This document shows, piece after piece, positions 1 to 13,280 of a stretch of DNA of 64,000 bases. Made by a program: the position numbers and the translations under genes. Every line of letters starts with the position of its first letter. Within the stretch, counting starts at the first letter, position 1. This DNA comes from Prorocentrum cordatum (Eukaryota): contig CAUYUJ010000001.1 of the NCBI GenBank assembly GCA_963575745.1, forward strand, positions 124,001 through 188,000, written 5' to 3'. A model generated the notes under the pieces. It was not told the DNA's origin. It did no database searches and was given only the letters and a program-made list of their open reading frames with translations.

Positions 1-37
<37 letters not shown>

Positions 38-499
38 GACGGCGAGGACGGCGAGGACGACGAGGACGGCGAGGAGACCGACGGGGCAGAGCAGGATGAG
101 GACGACTGCGGCGACGACGGCCACGGCGAGGAGAACAAGAGGGCCGAGGAGGAGGAGGAGGAGGAGGAGGACGACGACGACAACGACGACGACGACGACG
201 ATGACAACGATGACGAGGCCGAGGACGGCGAGGAGAACGAAGGGGCCGAGCAGGTGGAGGAGGAGGAGGACGACGACGACGACGACGAGGCGAACGAGGG
301 GGGCGAACAGGATAACGACGCCGACGGCGAAGACTGCAAAGGAAACAAGGGGACCGAGGAGGAGTAGGAGGAGGAGGACGACGACGACGACGGCGAGGAT
401 AACGAAGGGGCCCCAAAGGAGAAGGAGAGGGAGGCAGAGGAGGACGACGACGAGGATGTGGACGGCGAGGAGTTCAGGAGGAAGAGGAGGAGGCGGAGG

Positions 500-530
<31 letters not shown>

Positions 531-1189
531 CCACGACGAGGAGGAGGAGGTCGGCGACGATTTCGACGACGACTACGACGACGACTACGACGACTACGAC
601 GACGACGAGGACGACGACGACGACGACGAGGACGTCGAAGAGATCGGGGGGGGCGAGCAGGGGGAGGACGACGACGACGACGACGAAGACGGCGAGGAGA
701 CCGAGGGGGCCGAGGAGAAGGAAGACGACGACGACGAGGACGGCGACGACGCCGACGACATTGACGGCGACGAGAACGAGGTGGGGGGAGCCAGCAGGAG
801 GAGGAGGAGGATGAGGACGTCGACGACAACGAAAACCAAGACGACGACGACGACGAGGACGCGGGCGAGGGCGAGGACGAGGACGACGAGGACGATGACG
901 ACGACGACGAGGACGACGCCGAGGACGACGCCGAGGCCGACGGGGCCGATCAGGAGGACGACGACGACGACGAGGAAGACGAGGACGGCGAGGAGAACGA
1001 GGGGGCCGAGCAGGAGGAGGAGGAGGAGGAGGAGGAGGAGGAGGAGGAGGAGGAGGAGGAGGAGGAGAGGGAGGAGAGGGAGGACGACGACGACGAGGAC
1101 TGCGAAGCGAACGAGGGGGGCCGAAGAGGAGGAGGAGGAGGCGGAGGAGGACAACGACGACGATAACGAGGACGACGACGAGGATGACT

Positions 1190-1278
<89 letters not shown>

Positions 1279-2094
1279 TGGGGCGGCGAAGAGACCGATG
1301 ATGCCTTGCAGGTGGGGGACGACGACGACGACGACGTGGACGACGACGACGACGAGGACGACGACGACGACGACGACGACGAGGAGAGCGAGGGGTCCGT
1401 GCAGGACGAGGACGACGACGCCGACGACGCGGACGTCGCGGACGAGGCCGAGGAGGAGGAGGAGGAGGAGGAGGACGACGACGACGACGACGAGGTCGAC
1501 GACGTCGACGACGTCGACGACGTCGACGACGACGACGACGAGAACGAGAACGAGGTTGCTGAGCAGGAGTAGGAGGACGACGACGAGGACGGCGAGGAGA
1601 ACGAGGGGGCCGAGCAGGAGGAGGAGGACGACGACGACGATGCGGACAGCGAAGAGAACGAGGGGGCCGACGAGGAGGAGGAGGAGGCCCAGGCGGAGGC
1701 GGAGGAGTAGGAGGATGACGACGTCGACGACGATGACGACGACGACGACGTGGGCGTCGAAGAGAAAGAGGGTGCCGAGCAGTAGGAGGAGGACGACGAC
1801 GACGACGACGACGAGGACGGCGAGGAGAACGAGGGGGCCGAAAAGGAGGAGGAGGAGGAGGAGGAGGAGGAGGAGGAGAACGACGAGGATGACTACGACG
1901 ACGACGACGATGACAACGACGACGACGAGGAGGACAGCGAGGAGAACGATGCTGCAGAGCAGGAGGAGGAGGAGGAGGAGGACGACGATGACAACGAGGA
2001 GGACGACGATGACGACAACGAGGACGGAGAGGAGAACGAGGGGGCGAAGGAGGAAGAGGAAGAGGGGAAGCAGGAAGACGACGACGACGACGAG

Positions 2095-2127
<33 letters not shown>

Positions 2128-2245
2128 GGCGGCGAAGCGAACGAGGGGGCCGAGCTTGAGGAGGGGGAGGAGGAGGAGGAGGAGGAGGAGGAGGAGGAGG
2201 AGGAGGAGGAGGAGAGGAGGAGGAGGATGAGGAGAGGGGAGGAGG

Positions 2246-2296
<51 letters not shown>

Positions 2297-2614
2297 GACG
2301 ACGACGACGAGGAGAACGAGGGGCCGAGCAGGAGGAGGAGGACCTGAGGAGGAGGAGGAGGACGACGACGACGAGGACGGCGAGGAGAACGAGGGGCCGA
2401 GCAGGGGGAGGACAACGACGACGACGTGGATGGCGAGGAGAACGTTCGGGCCGAGTAGGAGGCCGACGTCGGGGACGACGGGGACGGCGAGGAGAACGAG
2501 GGGACCGAGCAGGAGGAGGACGAGGACGTCGACGAGGACGGCCGACGAGGACGGCCAGGACGACGACGACTACGAGGACGACGACGACTACGGCGACGAC
2601 GATGGCCACGATGA

Positions 2615-2690
<76 letters not shown>

Positions 2691-2880
2691 TTCGACGACG
2701 ACGACGCCGACGCCGCCGCCGACGACGACGACGCCGCCACCGACAAGAACGACGACGAGGACGAGGACGAGGACGACGACGGCGACGACGACGGTGAGGG
2801 CGAGGACGGTGAGGAGGACGGCGAGGAGGATGACGCCGGCGACGACGGCGAGGAGAGCACGAGGACGAGGACGGCCCGGT
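1..2880. repeat. (GAC)n/(GAG)n trinucleotide low-complexity tract with a recurring embedded unit
   Basis: Near-continuous GAC/GAG runs with a recurring unit similar to GAGGACGGCGAGGAGAACGAGGGGGCCGAGCAG. The poly-D/E/R/T ORFs are frame artefacts, with stops and frameshifts. Confidence 0.9.
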
Positions 2881-4784
2881 CGCTCCGAGGAGATCTTGCT
2901 GGACCTCGCGGCGCGGCAGGCGATAGCGAGCGCCGTCAAGGCGCCGCTTCAGGTTGACGGACGTGTCCGTCGGCTCCCGCAGGTTTTCGGACGTTTCCCG
3001 GCGGTCTGCTGACGTTTTCGTCGGTTCCCAAAGGTGGTTCTTTCCCTTGGCGTGTTCGGACGTTTCCGAACGTCTTCGCTTCGCGTGCTTCGTTCCGTCG
3101 GGTCCCGCGGGTTTTCGGACCTTCCAGGAAGTGTTCCAGCCTCGGGGCGCTGCTCGGCAGCTTCGCCTCGCCGAGGGCTTCCTGGGGGGCGCAGGGATCG
3201 CCCCGAACGGCCGCCAGACACCCGAGGCCATCGCCCGAAAACCAGGGGGCTACGGCCCAGATCTCCGACGAGCTGACCTGTTCAATCTCGATGGTGTCAA
3301 GGAGTTCGGCATCCGGAGCACGGGCCCCTGGGGCCATGGACAAAGGAGCACGGGCCCTGGGGCCAGGAACAGAGATGCACGGGCCCTGGGGCCATTAACA
3401 ACGCATCCGGTGTGCAAAACTTGCCCTGGGGAAGGGGTCTTGCGCTCTGGGGCTGCGGATTGAACAAATCAGATCGGAGGATGTCTGAGGAAGGGGCGAG
3501 GAGGCGGAGGAGGGGGAGGACGCGGGGGAGGATCGGTTGATAAAAAACAAACGCGCCGGTTGTTCTTCCCTGCAGCCCGTTCCGGCCTCTGGGGCCGTCA
3601 GAAACCGATCCGGGGTGAAGAACTTACAAGGGTGGGTGTGGGAATGGTCTCGGGACGGATTTGGAGCGGGTGTTGATGTCTTCGAGGTTCGACGATCATG
3701 GTGTTCGGACGTTTTTCGCAGTTGTTGGCCCTCTGGGAGGCTGCTTCTCCACGACACGATTTGGATCCCCCTCAAAATCCCGGCCAAAGTACACCCCAAG
3801 GAAGATCACAGGAGCTGATGGACCAAGACTCCCTCGCGTCGTGAACAAATCATGCGATTCTGTAGGTAACCAAAAATCCCTGGGCAAGGGGTCGAGAGAT
3901 CCGATGGCCAATCATCCTGCAGGAACGAAAACCAACTACGCTGGGGACCTGGGAGGAGGGAGCGGGGGCAGGAAAAATCAAGAGGCAGGAGGCAGGAGAA
4001 GGACGCAATTTGGGATGTCACTGGAAGCGGATTTTGCCACGATATATTATCTCAGTAGCCGGAGCAGCGGTTAGTCAGCCTTGCTTTTCTTTTGGCTACG
4101 GGCAACGGCTTGTAATCACCGTCCCGCCCAAACCACCGCGGCTATATCTTGCAGGAGATCCGTTTAAACCCCCGGCCTGTCCCGTCCCCCTCTCACTTCC
4201 ATTCCCCGCCCCACATCGTCTCCCCCTCCCCTTTCCATCTCCCCCATTCGCCCTCCCCCTCCCTCTCCTATCCCACCCCTTCCCCAATCCTCCCCGCCTC
4301 CGGCCTCCCTTTGTTTTCTCCCTTCCGCCCTCACGTATTCCCCACTCCCCCCTCCCCCCTCCCGTATTCCCCATTCCCCCCTCCCCTATTCCTCACGTAT
4401 CCCCGTGCCTCCCCCCCTCCCGTATTTCCCCACCCCTCCCCCGTCCGCTTGCTGTTGATCCTCCCCCGTCCAGACTATCCTCCCTGCCTCCCCCCCCCCT
4501 TCTCCCCCTTTCCTCCTCGTCGTGGCTCCCCGCGCCGTCCGTCCGCCGCATCCTCCCCCCCCTCTCCCCGAGATTTGGTATCTTTACGGCCCGCACGACA
4601 CTTTGGAACTGAGACGGGTCACTTTACAACCAGCACGCGATCGAATTCCTTGGTTTTCCTTCGAGGGCGACCACCTTTACAACCAGAACAGCCATTTTTC
4701 CAACCAGAGCGACAACCTTACGACCCAGACGGGGCTCTTTGCAACCAGAATGGCCATTTTGCAGCCAGCCTTCAGAAGCAAGCA

Positions 4785-4980
4785 AGCGCTCTGCAGGGGC
4801 TTCTGAAGCTTTGAGCGCCTGCGCGCTTTGAAGAGGCATATGAGAGCCTGAGCGCTCTGCAGGGGCATCTGAGCGCCTGAGCGCTTTGCAGGGGCTTTTC
4901 AGCGCCTGAGCGCTTTGCAGAGGCATCTGAGTGCTTGAGCGCTCTGCAGAGTCGTCTGAGCCCTTGAGCGGTCTGCAGAG
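4785..4980. repeat. Short minisatellite (GAGCGCCTGAGCGCTYTGCAGGGGCATCT-like)
   Basis: About 7 degenerate tandem copies containing GAGCGCT(C/T)TGCAG. Confidence 0.75.
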
Positions 4981-6169
4981 GCTGACGACGAGTACGACGA
5001 GGGCGAGGACGAGGAGGAGGAGGAGGAGGAGGCGGAGGAGGAGGAGGAGGAAAAGAAGGAGAAGGAGGCGGAGGAGGAGGAGGAGAGGAAGGAGGAGGAG
5101 GAGGAGGAGGAGGAGGAGGAGGAGGAGGAGCAGGGCGGAGGAGGGCGGAGGAGGGAGAGGATGAGGTTGAGAGGGAGGTGGTAGGAGGAGGAGGAGGATG
5201 AGGAGGAGGAGGAGGGAGGAGGAGGAGGAGGAGGCCGGAGGAGGAGGATGGAGGAGGACGGAGGGTGGAGGAGGTGGGAGGAGGGAGGAGAGAGGAGAGA
5301 GGAGGGGGAGAGGAGGAGGAGGATGGGGAGGAGTAGGAGGGACGAGGAGGAGGAGGATGGAGGAGGAGGAAGGGAGGAGTGAGGAGAGGGAAAGAGGAGG
5401 AAGAGGAGGAGGAGGGCGAGCAGGAGGGGAGGAGGAGGAGGGAGGAGGAGGAGGAGGAGGAGGAGGAGGAGGAGGAGGAGGACCAAGCCTAAGGAGGAGT
5501 CGGTGCCCACTCTCCCGCCGCGGGGGGCCTGGTCTCCACCTGAGGAGCCAGACCCCCCCGACCGTGAACTGGATGCAGTCGCCAGCTTTCCGGAACGGGG
5601 GCCCTGCGCTTTGCAGCTGCCTAGGGCCCCCGGCCGCGAGGCCGAGCGCGACGGACTTACCGATGCCGACGCCCAGCTCGCCTGTCACGTGCCCGGTTCG
5701 CGACCCGCGCGGGAGCCGCCGGCCACGGTCTGCATCTCCTCGAAATTGCTGGCCAGAGCGGCGCCATGTCCGCAGCTGCTCCGCGGCCTCGTCCGCGTGG
5801 GCGGCGCCGCCGCCGCGGGGCGGCGGGTGGCGCGGCCGCCTTTGCAGGCGGGGCAGGAGCAGGCGGCGGCGCCGCCAGCACGGCCACGGCCGTGCGGAGG
5901 AGGCTCTTAGCCGCGCGCAGCAGGCGCACCGCGTCGCGGCCGCCTGCGGGGGCGCGGGCCGCCAGCCCCGCGGCGGCGTGGACCGCGGGAGCGCGCCGCG
6001 CGCGCCCTCGAGCGGTGCCGCGCGGGCAGTCATCGCCGTACCAGGCGTCGGCGCGTCGGCGGCGGGGCCAGAAGCGAGCGCGCGTGAGCCAAGATGGCAC
6101 TGGAGGAGGAGGAGGAGGAGGAGGAGGAGGAGGAGGAGGAAAAGGAGGGGGAGGACAAGGAAAAGGAGG

Positions 6170-6191
6170 TCCGTAGCCATTTTGGCTCAAG
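6170..6191 (+). other. Perfect genomic copy of the dinoflagellate spliced leader at the 5' end of a LINE
   Basis: TCCGTAGCCATTTTGGCTCAAG matches DCCGTAGCCATTTTGGCTCAAG at 22/22. It is followed by TT rather than an SL-RNA intron donor, so it is a retro-copied leader, not an SL RNA gene. Confidence 0.93.
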
Positions 6192-6313
6192 TTCCCAACG
6201 TCGCTCCCGCGCTAGGAGCTTGATTGCAGCCGAGGGAGGCAACCGACTTTCAGGCAGGGAGCTGCGCGCTGCCGCCTTTCTCGAGCCACGGCAGCAGCGT
6301 GCCGTCAGTGCAG

Positions 6314-7467
6314 ATGGGCAAGGATGGATACATTGTGCCGAAGACGCCCAAGGCCGACTGCTGGAAGTGCCAGGCCTGCGGGTGCCATCGCAACGAGGCG
6401 TGGTGGGCGTGGTGCAGGCATTGCGGCCCCAGGCGCGGCATCCCTTCCTTCGCGGCGCCGCGGCGGGACTACAGGCCGCCTGGCGCTTGGAGTCATGGCC
6501 CTCCTCAGCGCGCTCATCGTGGGAAGGGTTCCGATCAGGGAGGCGAGCCCGCTGGTCCGCCGCGTCAACCTGGCCCCCAGTTGGAAGCTTCAGGGTGGGC
6601 CGGTGAGGGGCCCAAGCCAGCGGCGCCAGGCCAGTTATCTGCCGCAGACCTTCCTCGGCTTAAGGAGCTGGTGTCCACGTTCACGGCCCTGGGCGACGCG
6701 CAGCAGCCCAAGTTCCACAAGGGCGTTGTGGAGCGGCTGGAGGCCGGCAGCAAGCCTGCAAGACCGCCTTCGCATGGCGCTGCCAAGCATGCTGCCGAGC
6801 AGGCGCGCCACCACCTCGACAAGGCGGCGCAGTACGCCGAGAAGGTGGGGGCCCAGCTGCGCGAGGCCAAGCAGAAGGCGGTCACAGCTCACAGGGAGCA
6901 CACGCACTGCCAGGAGATCTTCCCCCGCACGGCGCGCAAGCTGCCCAGCAAGGTCATGCCCTGGACCTGGACCTGGGCCTGCTTCTCGAGGGCGGCGACG
7001 TGGAGCTGGGCGGCAGGGGCGTCTTCGGCCTGCCCGATGAAGACGCCGAGCTGCCCGCGACTGAGAGGGAAGAGCTTTCGGCGCGCAAGCAGCAGGCCCT
7101 CGGCGTCTTCAGGGAGGCGGCGAAGGAGGCCTTCGGCGAGGCCAAGGAGAAGGCAGCGACTCTGACTGAGGACCAGCGTGCCTTCAACAAGCGGATGGTT
7201 GAGTCCAAGCGGCGCAGGGTGGACACCCAGCAGCCTGCTTCGGCGTCCGAGGCAGCTGCCGATGGCGCTGGGGGCTCCGCCGCAGCAGCATCGTGCGCAG
7301 CGAGCACTCCACTGGCATCAGGACCGTGGGCTGCTTCACCTGCCAAGATCGACCTCACCAAGGTGGATAGCGCAGCTGAGGCCCAGGCTGTTCCCGACTC
7401 TCCTAAAGAGGCAGATGAGCTTCTTGAGAAGGCTCGTACTGAGGCCCGCCAGTCGTCGTCTGTCTAG
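6314..7467 (+). pseudogene. LINE ORF1 with an N-terminal RanBP2-like zinc finger, frameshifted near 6930
   Basis: WKCQACGCHRNEAWWAWCRHCG (W-x-C-x2-C...N...C-x2-C), then a helical region. It continues in another frame (7000..7467). Confidence 0.7.
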
Positions 7468-7699
7468 CATTACGGTGCAGCCGTTTGTTTTGGTTGGTAA
7501 TGGCAGTATTTCGAGTGATGACTCCTCGGTATGCGGTCCTGCTCTACGAAGATTAAGTACAGGGGAAAGCGGGGGAAGCGATGGCCCCCCCCCGCCTGCT
7601 CGTCCTTCCACTGCGTCTGACGAGGAAAAGATGATCGGCGTGAATTGTTCCAGTTCAGTTTTTTTGTTTGCGGAGATGCTGCGGGGAGCCACGTGCAAT

Positions 7700-10600
7700 C
7701 CCCCCTTCGCGCGGGGGCGCCCACCTTTATTCCACGGCAGGGTATCGAGCGCAGCAAAGGCACGGATGTTGCAGGTTTGGCCAGCAAGGCAGGGGCCGCC
7801 CATGCCCCTCCTCCTGTCCGCCCACGCGAGTACAAGGCAGAGCGCAGCGCCCTCGCCACCTGGAGCGCGAACACCACGGCGCGGGGGCCCGCCCTTGGCC
7901 CATGCCCAGTCGAGGGGGCAGGTCGAGAAAGCAGGCAACCAGATTCTTCTTCTGCAGGAGGTCGTTGTCCGGTCTGAGGATGCGCAGCAAAAGGAAAAGC
8001 AGTTGAGGGGTCAGAAATTCCTTGTGTCACTACATCCTGGCGGGGCACCGACAAAGGAGGCCTGTCTGGAGGAGTTGGCATCGGGGCACCCTCCACATCG
8101 GCATGGGGCCACCTACGGCCCCCTTGCAAACGTTTCCGCGCCAGCACAGGGCCATTGCTAGATGGGGGAACGCTCTGGTGAAAGGGGGCTTTGTTCTGGT
8201 TTAGATTTACTTGCCGACGGAGGCACCCTTTGGGCCCGATGGGGCCCATCTTCTGGCCAGGCTGGGGGAATCTCTACACTCCTTGGGACGGCCCTTCATC
8301 ATCGGCGGCGAAGGCGATCCCGACCAGCATGGTTGCGTTCAAAGGGCCTGCGAGGTGTTCAAATGAGGCGCGTGTTGGACAGCTTCCTGCGCCTGTTCTT
8401 GGACGGGGTCAGCTCGCTGGTGCTCTGGAGGCCCAGGGCGCCCAGGAGGGCCTCGACATGGCCTACAGGGACTTCATGGGCCCGTTGGAAGAGGAGCTCA
8501 TCGGGGCCCACGGGATCGAGGATAGCGAGGCTCCAAGATACCACGGTCGGGGGCTAGGCTGGGCTTTCAAGAGGCTGCCAGGCCTGCCTAAGGGCAAAGG
8601 GCCGTACCCTGTTGCGAGCGAGGAGGCCCCGGCGTGGAGAAGAGTGGCCAACTGGCTGCGCGAGCTCGGGCACGTTGTGGTTAAGCCGAGTGTCAGCCGC
8701 GTTCAGCCTGTCGATTCTTGCCTCCTGACCAAGATAACCATAGGCCCTGTGCAGCTTCGTTCGACGCCCGCCTGGACCCTTTTTGCCGCCCGTCAGCCAC
8801 TCGGTCGGCTATGCCGGCAACAGGCTTGCACGAATGGTCGAAGCTCGCTGCTGAGCAGGCAGCGCGGCTGGAATCTGCATTTTCCAGGGCGCCAGGTACG
8901 GAATGGAGGAGGTTCGTCAAAGAAGCGGTGGCTAACGGAGGAGGAAGAGCGCACAGATGCACCAAGTTGCCCATAGGCTGCGGGCCGATATCACGTTCGC
9001 CGAGGCTCGGGAACTCCCCCTGGCCCCGAGGAAGAGCTTGAAGGGTATCTCCAGGACTGGGAGGTGGCATGGGGTTCTTCTAATTCCAGGGATGATGATG
9101 AAGTCCTGCCCGCCCTTTCGAGACATCTTGATACCCAGGACTGCCCCAGCGTGTGTTTCGAGCCGTCTGAGATCCGTCTGGGCGCCAGAATTCTCTAGGC
9201 CTGGACTGCAGTGGGCGTCGATCGACTGGGGCCCCGCGGATTTTGCTTGGTCTCCGATGCGTGTCTGGGGGCGGTATGTCAGCTGTGGGGCTGGCTGTTG
9301 ATGGCTGGTCAGCTACCGTCTCAGTTGTCTTTGGTTGTTATGCCGTCGATTCCTAAACCTGAAGGTGATGCGCTGCTGATTGGGCCCATCGGCATGACCC
9401 TTAGGCTTCGGGGCGAGCGCTCGAGGCATGCTGCTATGAGCTGGGAGTCGTCTAATGATCGCAGTTACTTGCACGGGACCCGCGGCAGGTCCTGCGAAAG
9501 GGCGGTCTGGGAACACGCGTTCTCCACGGAATATTATGTGTCCAGGGGGTTTGACACGGCCAATGCGTTCATCGATCTGAACAAGGTGTACGAGAAAATT
9601 CAGCACGGACCGTGAATAGCAGCAGCCAGGAGGTTGAGCTTCCCACTGCACCATCTTCGCTTGCGCCTGCAGGTGCACAGGGCGCTGAGATGTCTTCTCT
9701 TGGGCCGACGGGCATCCAGGTGTGTGAAGTTGGGATTCACGATTATTGCTGGGTGCTGGGTGGGGTGTTACTTCTCACCTTCGGCTCCTGATTCTGGAGT
9801 TGCTGCGCGACTGCAGCAGGCGGTTTCCAGGATTGCGTTTATTTTTGTTCTTCAACGTGGCGGGCGACATCGCCACACATGTTGTCGGTACTGCTAGATT
9901 TGCATGTGCCACTGCTACGCGAGTTCGTTGCAAAGGGCTTGAAAAGCTCCCATTGGTGGTCTCCCGTTCGGAGGGTAAGGTTACTAGTGCTGAGTCGGGC
10001 ATTGCAGCTAAGCACGGCCTTCGCGGGTGGGAGTTCCAGCCAGTTGCGCACGTCGAGAACTCGGGGGTCGATTTCACCCAGAAGAAGGTCGGGGGTCGTA
10101 GGTCGGCAGCGCGCGCACGCAGGATACACGGAGTTCGAGCACGCGCAGGACGTTTTCGGTCTTTGAAATCACAGCTCCGCAAGCTTACCATGATCGCTAA
10201 ATCGGGGGCCCTTTCCGTCAGGCTCTTACGGGGTGAGCATTATTGGGGCTGCTACGAAACATATTGATCTCCTGAGGGCTGCCGTAGGCATGGGCCTGTT
10301 TGGGCCAGCTAGAGGCCGATCTAGGACAAATATGTTCTGCCCCCCCCCCCCGGCCCCGAGGCAGATCCAGCGTTTGTTGTCAATGCCCTGTCCCCCGCAA
10401 CTTGGGGCCAGGCTCTCTGGCAGGAGTGGGCCCCGAGGGGCCAGATGGAGCTCGCTTTTTTTATAAAAAAAAAATGTCGCCCCGGCGAGGGGAAGAATTT
10501 TCTTGGAGTGGGGACAAAGGGCCCACGGGAGCGGTGCTGCTTACGCTTCGTAGGCTTGGATGGTGTCCCCAGAGCTTTTGCGAGTGCCCCCCCCGTCGGG

Positions 10601-12090
10601 CCTGGCGTTGAATTTGGATTTGGTTCGTGAGCACACGCTCACCCAGGTTGTAAAGCTAGGCACCAAAGATCAGTTGTTGTCTAGGATAGGCTGCGAGTAC
10701 GATAGTCGGAGCTTCTCTAGGCCAGCTTTAGATGCAGTGGCAGCGGTATGTTCTAGCCTGAGGTCGTCGGGACAGGCGCTGCAGGCGGGATTGCGCTCGA
10801 CTGGCCCCGCAAGCGGAGCTTTTCCACGACAGACAGGTGCTGGACGAGCGTTGCCAGCTCTGCTACGCTCGAGGCCCCCGCCACCATCGCTTGGTTTGTT
10901 GCGGCGCGCGCGCGTCCTGCAGGCGGAGCCTGGGCTGCGCTAGCATTTTGAGGTCTTGGGCTAGAGGCAGCCCTGGTGACCCCCTGTTGTCTAGATGCCT
11001 GGCCCCGTCTGCGGTTGTGTACACGCCCAGGCTCCGCGGTGTCAGCCCTTGGCGCTGGGCGATCCCCCCTCGTCACGGCTGGATCCCTGGCAAGGTTTGC
11101 GTGGGCGGGTCGGCTCTTGACCCTGAGGTGCCCCTCTTCACGAGGGCGGCGTGGGCGCTCGCGGTTGTCGACGATGCTGGCGCAGTTGTAGCGTCGGCGA
11201 GCGGCCCGCTCGAGCACGGCATCCACACGATTCATGGTGCTGAAGTCTTTGTAGTTTAATGTATATCCGCATCTTGGGTCCAGACGAGTGCGAGGTTGCT
11301 TCGGATTGCGAGTCTGCGTTGAAGGTCTGAAACCAAGGAGTGGACGTCGACACAGTTGCCATTCCGCATGGAGGATTCTGGGTTGAACTTTGCAGTCGGC
11401 GTCGCGATCAAGGCACGGACCTGGTACGAGTCAGGAAGGTGCCTGCGCGCAAGAGCTGGCCAGCTCTGGCGGGCACGGAGGTTCCCTACTGGGCTCGGAG
11501 GGGGAACAGAGTCGCGGATCTGGCGGCCTAGAGAGCTGCTGCCGGGATTTCGCACCCCCAAAGCCTGCTAGAGCGGTACAGTCAGCAGAGACAGAATATA
11601 GGCGCCCTCGGTAGGTTCACAGCGAGTATGTTGGAACACGTGTGTGGGCCGTCCATACGGGATACTACTAATGTGGTCGCTCGTAAGTGCAGGCCGAGCA
11701 GCGGCCTAGTTTTGGTTCCTGGGCCGAACGGTCACATTATCCTAAGATGGGGTAAAGGCTATTTGTGCGCCAGATGCATGGATGCAGGACGGAGGTACTC
11801 ATCCCTGGCTAGCTACAGGTGTCCGGGATGGCCTCGAGTGGCGCGTAGCGCCCACCCGTCTCATAGACTGCGGGCGGGGGATCCTGGAGCTCCCCTCCCC
11901 ATCGTCTGGTGCTCGAGTTGCGGTGCGTTTGCGAGGCAGCGCATGCACTTGTTATTGGCCCCCTGCCTGGGGCGGCCACGCAACGATGCTGCTGCGCAGT
12001 CTCTGGCTTTTTCTCAAGGAAGCCGCGACCCGAGTGCCAGACGACACTTGTTTGGGCGCAGCACACGGCTGTATGGACGACAAGCCGTGT
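7700..12090 (+). pseudogene. LINE ORF2 remnant (APE endonuclease, reverse transcriptase, RNase H, C-terminal zinc motifs)
   Basis: ILLLQE (~7945); IPKPEG, GRSCERAVW, FIDLNKVYEKI (RT, 9350-9600); GKVCVGGSALDP..AWALAVVD..GAEV..VRKVPA..GNRVADLAA (RNase H, ~11090-11530); YLCARC/HPSH/WCSSCG (~11760-11930). Many stops and frameshifts; the start is approximate. Confidence 0.8.
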
Positions 12091-12894
12091 AGCTCGTGCC
12101 CTCCCCTGGCTTGGCCAGGGTCCCTCCCTCCTCTCTTCCTCTTTTATGTTGCAGAAGATTCTGCCTTCTGTGGACTGCGGATCCTTCGGTGCAGACTGGA
12201 AACTGGAAACAGGAAAGGGGAAAGGAGGAGGAGGAGGAGGACAAGGAGGAGGATGAGGAGGAGAAGGAGGAGGGGGAGGAGGGAGGAGGAGAAGGAGGAG
12301 AAGGAGGAGGAGGAAGAGGAGGAGGAGGAGGAGGATCAGGAGGAGGACCAGGAGGAGGATCAGGAGGAGGAGGAGGAGGATCAAGAGGAGGATCAGGCGG
12401 GGGATCAGGAGGAGGAGGAGGAGGAGGAGGGAGGGAAGAGGGAACGAGGGAGGAGGAGGCGGAGGAGGAGCAGTTAGAGGAGGGGGGGGAAGAGGAGGGG
12501 GAGGAGGATGAGGAAGAAGGGGAGGGAGGTGGGAGAAACTTGGAGGGAGGAAGAGGAGGAAGAGGAGGAGGAGGAGGATGACCAGTGTAAATCCAAGAGT
12601 CATCCACGATGTTGGAATCAACCCTCCCTCCAAGCTCCCTCTTCAAGGGCCCATACAAGGCTTCATCTCCACCGAGGGGACTGCCCCGCTGGAAGACAAC
12701 AATTCCAACGCCACGGATCGGCCTGATGGTTGCGTCTTGACGATCCTGAACCGCGCCGGAACGCCATCCCTGGCATTTCAACACCGCGAATCAACGTAAT
12801 TGTTGTGCTTTCATAATTCCGGGTCTTTCCAAAACGCCTCTTTTTTGTACGCTGATCATGGGAATCCGTGGATCTCTTGCACATACTTAATCGA

Positions 12895-13280
12895 ATGTGC
12901 ACAGCGATGAGGCGAGAACCACATTTTGAAACGGAGCCGCCCTCAATCCGTGAAGCTCCTGCAAAGCTTTAAAAAGAATGCGCGCGGCGCTAAGGCGAGG
13001 AACCGCCCTCGATCCGTGAAGCCCTTGCAACGGTTTAAAACGAATCTGCGTTGCGCTATGGCGAGGGCCACAGATTGAAAACCACCCGTCGTCAAATCGT
13101 GCAGTTCTTACCACATGTCTAAAACGAATGTGCGCGTCGTTGAGGCGAGAAGCACATTGTGAAAACCACCCGCATTCAATCAGCGAATCTGTTGCAACAC
13201 TTTACAACGAAAGCACGATGCGCTAATGCGAGAGCCACATTTTGAAAACCACCCGCCCTCCATCTGCGAAACTGTTGACA
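12895..13280. repeat. Tandem minisatellite of ~65-70 bp
   Basis: 5-6 degenerate copies of GCGAGAACCACATTTTGAAAACCACCCG...TTGCAA...TTTAAAACGAAT. Confidence 0.7.

Larger units (their letters stand above)
6170..12210 (+). mobile_element. Degenerate full-length non-LTR retrotransposon (LINE) with RNase H, inserted in a GAG microsatellite
   Basis: Order is SL, Zn-finger ORF1, then broken ORF2 with endonuclease, RT, RNase H and Cys/His motifs, and a short TGGAAAC-type tail near 12197-12210. GAG tracts flank both sides. The 3' boundary is approximate. Confidence 0.85.

Noticed and set aside
96..6242. Long poly-R/T/E/D/L/S ORFs, also at 11800-16430 and 54167-59833
   Set aside because: These are stop-free frames produced by trinucleotide microsatellites, with no domain content.
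6170..6260. SL RNA gene
   Set aside because: The leader is not followed by a splice donor or SL intron and runs directly into the LINE 5' UTR.
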